32,000 nt of DNA, taken from NCBI RefSeq assembly GCF_000284115.1, contig NC_017080.1, positions 3,120,001-3,152,000 on the forward strand, given 5' to 3'. A model generated the notes under the pieces. It was not told the origin of the DNA and searched no databases. It worked only from the letters and a program-made list of their open reading frames with translations. The position numbers were made by a program, and so were the translations under genes. This document shows, piece after piece, positions 26,736 to 32,000 of this stretch. Position 1 is the stretch's first letter, and each line of letters starts with the position of its first letter. The DNA comes from Phycisphaera mikurensis NBRC 102666 (lineage in GTDB: Bacteria; Planctomycetota; Phycisphaerae; Phycisphaerales; Phycisphaeraceae).

Positions 26736-27545
26736 ATGACAGCCTCTCCACTCTCGGCCATCGTGCTCGCGGCGGGCAAGGGTTCGCGCATGGGCAGCGA
26801 CCTGCCCAAGGTGCTCCACGAGGTGGGCGGCCGGGCCATGATCCACCACGTGCTCGACGCGGGCCGCGCGGCGGGGGTGGGCCGCTTCGTCGTCGTGGTC
26901 GGGCACGAGGCGCAGCGGGTGCGAGCGGAGCTGTCGGGCGCATCCGACGTCGACTTCGCAGAGCAGGCCGAGCAGCTGGGCACCGGCCACGCCGCGGCCG
27001 TGGCGGAACCCTTCTTCGCCGGCGCGGCATCGGGCCCGGACGTCCTCGTGCTGTGCGGCGACATGCCGTTGACGCGGCCGGAGACGCTGCGGAAGATCCT
27101 CGCGGCCCACCGCGAGGAGGGCGCGGCGGCGACGCTGGGCACGGCGGTCCTCGACGACCCCGACGGCTACGGCCGGGTGGTCCGCGACGCGGACGGCCGC
27201 TTCGATCGCATCGTCGAGCAGAAGGACGCCGACGCGGCGACGCTGGCGATCCGCGAGGTGAACCCGAGCCTCTACGCCTTCCGCGCCGGGGACCTGTTCG
27301 GCGAGCTCTCGAAGCTCTCCAGCGACAACGCCCAGGGCGAGTACTACCTCACCGACGTGCCCGGGCAGCTCAAGGCCCGCGGCGGGTCGGTCGCGCTCGT
27401 GCCCGCTCTCGCCGCCGACGAGGTCATCGGGATCAACACGAAGGCGCACCTCGCCGAGGTGGACCGGATCTTCCGCCGCCGATCCGCTGGCGGACGTGAC
27501 GTTCCCGACGCCTCCTCCACCCCCGCCCCGGGAGCCGACGAGTGA
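26736..27545 (+). CDS. glmU: UDP-GlcNAc pyrophosphorylase (GlmU N-terminal domain only)
   Basis: AIVLAAGKGSRMGSDLPKVLHEVGG, AEQLGTGHA, LCGDMPL, GYGRVVRD, EQKDAD, SSDNAQGEYYLTDV, VIGINTKAHLAEVDRIFRRR; ends without a hexapeptide-repeat acyltransferase domain. Confidence 0.88.
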   Translation: MTASPLSAIVLAAGKGSRMGSDLPKVLHEVGGRAMIHHVLDAGRAAGVGRFVVVVGHEAQRVRAELSGASDVDFAEQAEQLGTGHAAAVAEPFFAGAASGPDVLVLCGDMPLTRPETLRKILAAHREEGAAATLGTAVLDDPDGYGRVVRDADGRFDRIVEQKDADAATLAIREVNPSLYAFRAGDLFGELSKLSSDNAQGEYYLTDVPGQLKARGGSVALVPALAADEVIGINTKAHLAEVDRIFRRRSAGGRDVPDASSTPAPGADE

Positions 27546-28555
27546 GCCGAAGCAAGCAACGCGAGAACGCCCAGATGCCGCCCGCCGACGCCGACCGCCT
27601 GAAGGTGTTCTGCGGCCGCGCCAGCAAGCCGATGGGCGAGGCGATCTGCCGGCACCTCGGGGTTCCGGTGGGCCAGGCGGCCACCGAGCTGTTCCCCGAC
27701 GGCGAGCTGTTCGTCAAGATCGACGAGGACGTCCGCGGGCGCGACTGCTTCGTCGTGCAGAGCACCTACCACCCGGTCAACGCCCACCTGATGGAGCTGT
27801 TGATTTACATCGATTGCCTCCGCCGCGCCAGCGCCGGGCAGATCACCGCGGTCGTCCCCTACTACGGCTACGCCCGGCAGGACCGCAAGGACGAGGGCCG
27901 CGTGCCGATCACCGCGAAGCTCGTCGCGAACCTGATCACCGCCGCCGGCGCCGATCGCGTGGTGGCCCTGGACCTGCACACCGCGCAGATCCAGGGCTTC
28001 TTCGACCTGCCGGTGGACCACCTCTCCAGCAGCCCGGTGATCCTCGGGGCTCTCGACCCCGTCGCCGCCGAGGGCAACCTCGTCGTCGTCTCCCCGGACG
28101 TCGGCAACGTGAAGGTCGCCAGCAAGTACGCCGAGCAGCTCGGGGCCGAGCTGGCGATCATCGACAAGACCCGCAAGAGCGGCGACACCGTCGAGATGGG
28201 CAGCATCATCGGCGACGTCGCCGGCAAGGTCGTGCTCATGGTCGACGACATGATCTCCACCGCCGGCACGATCTGCCAGGCCGCCGAGCTGGTGATGAAG
28301 CACGGCGCGAAGGACGTCATCGCCGCCGCGACCCACGGCGTGTTCGTCGGCCTCGCCATCGAGCGGATCCGCGACAGCCCCATCAGCCGCGTGCTCGTCA
28401 CCGACTCCATCCCCTGCGCCGGCCGCTGCGAGCCAATCGCCGACAAACTCGAGGAGCTCTCCGTCGCCCCCCTGCTCGGCGAGACCATCGGCCGCATCCA
28501 CCAGAACCGCTCGGTCAGCTCGCTGTTCGCCCGGGACACGGGGCCGAAGAGGTGA
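27542..28555 (+). CDS. prs: Ribose-phosphate pyrophosphokinase
   Basis: VVPYYGYARQDRKDEGRVPITAKLVANLI, RVVALDLHTAQIQGFFDLPVDHL, VLMVDDMISTAGTI. Start is GTG 27542 (overlapping glmU) or ATG 27575. Confidence 0.96.
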   Translation: MSRSKQRENAQMPPADADRLKVFCGRASKPMGEAICRHLGVPVGQAATELFPDGELFVKIDEDVRGRDCFVVQSTYHPVNAHLMELLIYIDCLRRASAGQITAVVPYYGYARQDRKDEGRVPITAKLVANLITAAGADRVVALDLHTAQIQGFFDLPVDHLSSSPVILGALDPVAAEGNLVVVSPDVGNVKVASKYAEQLGAELAIIDKTRKSGDTVEMGSIIGDVAGKVVLMVDDMISTAGTICQAAELVMKHGAKDVIAAATHGVFVGLAIERIRDSPISRVLVTDSIPCAGRCEPIADKLEELSVAPLLGETIGRIHQNRSVSSLFARDTGPKR

Positions 28556-28565
28556 CCAGCATGGC

Positions 28566-28721
28566 AGCGGCTGTGCCGCTCCTGGCTGCGCCAGGCAAGC
28601 GCAGAAGAGCGAAAGCGAAGAAGTGAGGAAGTCGGCACCGAGCAAGAGCGGCTCTGCCGCCGCCGCAGGCGGCTCTTGCTGACTCTCTCTCTTCTCCGCT
28701 TCTTCTCTTCTTCGCTTGCTC
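28566..28721. repeat. Composite inverted-repeat element (locus 3) between prs and rplY
   Basis: AGCGGC-TGT-GCCGCT (28566-28580); TGGCTGCGCCAGGCAAGCG; purine octamers GCGAAAGC GAAGAAGT GAGGAAGT (28609-28632); 9-bp stem AGCAAGAGC/GCTCTTGCT (28641-28649/28672-28680); pyrimidine octamers to GCTTGCTC (28721). Confidence 0.85.
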
Positions 28722-28778
28722 CCTGATCCAACCCACCACGACCAAACGAACCGAACCCTCCCGATCCCCAAGACCGCT

Positions 28779-29429
28779 ATGTCCACCGACACCCCCACCC
28801 TCTCCACCGAAACCCGCACCAAGCTGGGCACGCGCTACAACCGCCGCCTCCGCAGCGCCGGCCGCTTGCCGGCCGTCGTCTACGGGCACGGCCACGACCC
28901 GATGCACGTCAGCGTGGACACGCGCGCGTTCCACGCGATCCTCGATCACCACTCCCACCTCGTGGAGGTGAACGTGGACGGCAAGCCCCAGCCGTGCCTG
29001 ATCAAGGACGTTCAGTACGACCACCTCGATCGCGACCCCGTCCACGCCGACTTCGCCATCGTGAACCTCGACGAGGAGATCGAGATCGAGCTGGAGATCG
29101 TCCTCAAGGGCGAGCCGGCCGGCCTCTCCGAAGACGGCGCCGCCCTCTCGCAGCCGATGAACACGATCGTCGTGAAGACCAAGGCCAACAACATCCCCGA
29201 GAGCATCACCCAAGACGTCTCGGCGATGAACGTCGGCGATCAGGTCCACGTCGGCGAGCTGACCTTCCCGGACGGTGTGAGCACCGACGTGGAGGACGAC
29301 CTGCTCGTCTGCCAGGTCGTCATCCGCCAGGAGCAGCCCGACCCCGAGCCGGTCGACGAGCTGGAAGAGCCCGGCGTGATCGGCGAGGGCGAGGAGCCCG
29401 GGCCGGAGGAAGCCGGCAGCAGCGACTGA
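28779..29429 (+). CDS. rplY: 50S ribosomal protein L25 (general stress protein Ctc form)
   Basis: TKLGTRYNRRLRSAGRLPAVVYGHGHDPMHVSVDTRAFHAIL...HLVEVNVDGKPQPCLIKDVQYDHLDRDPVHADF, then TL5/CTC beta domain and acidic tail. Confidence 0.93.
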   Translation: MSTDTPTLSTETRTKLGTRYNRRLRSAGRLPAVVYGHGHDPMHVSVDTRAFHAILDHHSHLVEVNVDGKPQPCLIKDVQYDHLDRDPVHADFAIVNLDEEIEIELEIVLKGEPAGLSEDGAALSQPMNTIVVKTKANNIPESITQDVSAMNVGDQVHVGELTFPDGVSTDVEDDLLVCQVVIRQEQPDPEPVDELEEPGVIGEGEEPGPEEAGSSD

Positions 29430-29437
29430 GGGTGAAC

Positions 29438-29635
29438 AGCGGCTTCGCCGCTTATGGCTGCGCCAGGCAAGCGGGGAAGCGAGCAAGCGGGGAAGCGGAG
29501 AAGTTAGGAAGCGAAGAAGTCAGAAACGGACAAGAGCGGCCCTGGTCCGACTCTCACTTTCCCGCTTCTCCACTTCTTCGCTTCCCCGCTTCTTCGCTTC
29601 CCCGCTTCTTCGCTTCCCCGCTTCTTCGCTTGCTT
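29438..29635. repeat. Composite inverted-repeat element (locus 4) between rplY and pth
   Basis: AGCGGC-TTC-GCCGCT (29438-29452); TGGCTGCGCCAGGCAAGCG (29455-29473); purine octamers 29473-29520; core CAAGAGCGGC; pyrimidine octamers 29556-29635 alternating GCTTCCCC/GCTTCTTC, ending GCTTGCTT. Confidence 0.9.
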
Positions 29636-29693
29636 CAAGACCCCAAGCCACCCGCGTCTTGCGGCGTCATCCACCCCGCCACCACCGCTCCCC

Positions 29694-30269
29694 ATGAAGC
29701 TGATCATCGGCCTCGGCAACCCCGGCCGCGAGTACGCGGACACCCGGCACAACGCGGGTTTCATGGTGCTCGAACGGTTCGCCACGCGCCACGGGCTCGC
29801 CGGCCCGCGGCAGCGGTTTCACGCCGGCACGATCGACGGGAGCGTGACCGTCGGGGGTGCTCCGCACAAGCTGCTGCTCGTGCAGCCGCTCACGTACATG
29901 AACCGCTCGGGCCAGAGCGTCCGGGAGGCGGTGGACTTCTACAAGGTCGCGGTCAAAGACGTGCTGATCGTCGTCGACGACATCGCCTTCGGCTGCGGCG
30001 ACCTGCGCTTGAAGGCCATGGGCTCCGCCGGCGGCCACAACGGGCTCAAAGACGTCGAGCGGGTGCTGGGCACGCGGGCGTACGCGAGGCTGAGGATCGG
30101 CATCGATGCCCCGGGCCGCATCCCGCAGGTCGACTACGTCCTCGGCAGGTTCACCGCCGATCAGCGGGAGCGGCTGGATCCGGCGCTCGACGAGGCTTGC
30201 CAGGCCGTGGAGGCTTGGCTGACTCTCGGGATCGAGAAAGCGATGAACAAGGTGAACGACCGCTCGTGA
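29694..30269 (+). CDS. pth: Peptidyl-tRNA hydrolase
   Basis: MKLIIGLGNPGREYADTRHNAGFMVLERFA, LLLVQPLTYMNRSGQSV, DVLIVVDDIAFGCGDLRLKAMGSAGGHNGLKDVE. Confidence 0.96.
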   Translation: MKLIIGLGNPGREYADTRHNAGFMVLERFATRHGLAGPRQRFHAGTIDGSVTVGGAPHKLLLVQPLTYMNRSGQSVREAVDFYKVAVKDVLIVVDDIAFGCGDLRLKAMGSAGGHNGLKDVERVLGTRAYARLRIGIDAPGRIPQVDYVLGRFTADQRERLDPALDEACQAVEAWLTLGIEKAMNKVNDRS

Positions 30270-30281
30270 GCCGGGTGGGCT

Positions 30282-30682
30282 GCGTGGCGTCGCCACGCAG
30301 TGACCGCGGCCAGACTGGCATCGAGAGCTGAGCGGCGACGCCGCTCTGTCTGCTTGTGCGCGAAGGAGCTGCATCGCGGCTCGGACAGCGTGGCGTCGCC
30401 ACGCAGCGACCGCGGCCAGGCTGGCTGCGAGAGCTGAGCGGCGACGCCGCTCTGTCTGCTTGTGCGCGAAGGAGCTGCATCGCGACTCGGACAGCGTGGC
30501 GTCGCCACGCAGCTAGCGCGGCCAACATGGCTTCGAGAGCTGAGCGGCGACGCCGCTCTGTCTGCCTTGTGCGCGAAGAAGCTGCATCGCGGCTCGGACA
30601 GCGTGGCGTCGCCACGCAGCTAGCGCGGCCAGGCTGGCGGAGAGAGCTGAGCGGCGACGCCGCTCTGTCTGCTTGTGCGCGA
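30282..30682. repeat. ~106-bp tandem repeat, 3 full copies plus one partial, in the convergent pth/pckA gap
   Basis: Units start at 30282, 30388, 30494 and 30601 (106, 106, 107 bp, then partial). Each opens with GCGTGGCGTCGCCACGC and has AGCGGCGACGCCGCT 49 nt downstream. Confidence 0.95.
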
Positions 30683-30692
30683 CGGGGCTGGG

Positions 30693-32000
<1,308 letters not shown>

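Noticed and set aside
30282-30682. CRISPR array
   Set aside because: Units are contiguous ~106-bp repeats with no unique spacers of uniform length and no cas genes nearby.

Overview
GC-rich, coding-dense bacterial chromosomal window. Protein families and the PEP-CTERM/YjfB/Ser-Thr kinase mix suggest a planctomycete, possibly Phycisphaerae-like (inference). Recognisable content: kelch protein with a YHS-like tail (partial), small Cys protein, YhcH/YiaL family protein, tRNA-Arg(ACG), larE, mcsA-mcsB, recR (degenerate zinc finger), sulfotransferase, PEP-CTERM protein, LysR-gltB-gltD (minus strand), dacB/PBP4, DoxX-like, YjfB-like, methyltransferase, Trm112-like, Na+/solute symporter, Ser/Thr kinase plus secreted propeller-like protein, HhH/ComEA-like protein, tRNA-Gln(TTG), glmU(N-domain only)-prs-rplY-pth, and pckA (partial). 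No CRISPR, cas, toxin-antitoxin, phage or classical defence system is visible. The most unusual signal is non-coding. Four gaps between co-directional genes hold phase-locked 8-bp purine/pyrimidine arrays arranged as large imperfect inverted repeats. Three of these share a small AGCGGC-N3-GCCGCT hairpin. The same hairpin recurs in a four-copy ~106-bp tandem array filling the convergent pth/pckA gap. A GC-rich structured stretch with a T-box-like 12-mer follows the HhH gene; it is reported as speculative.
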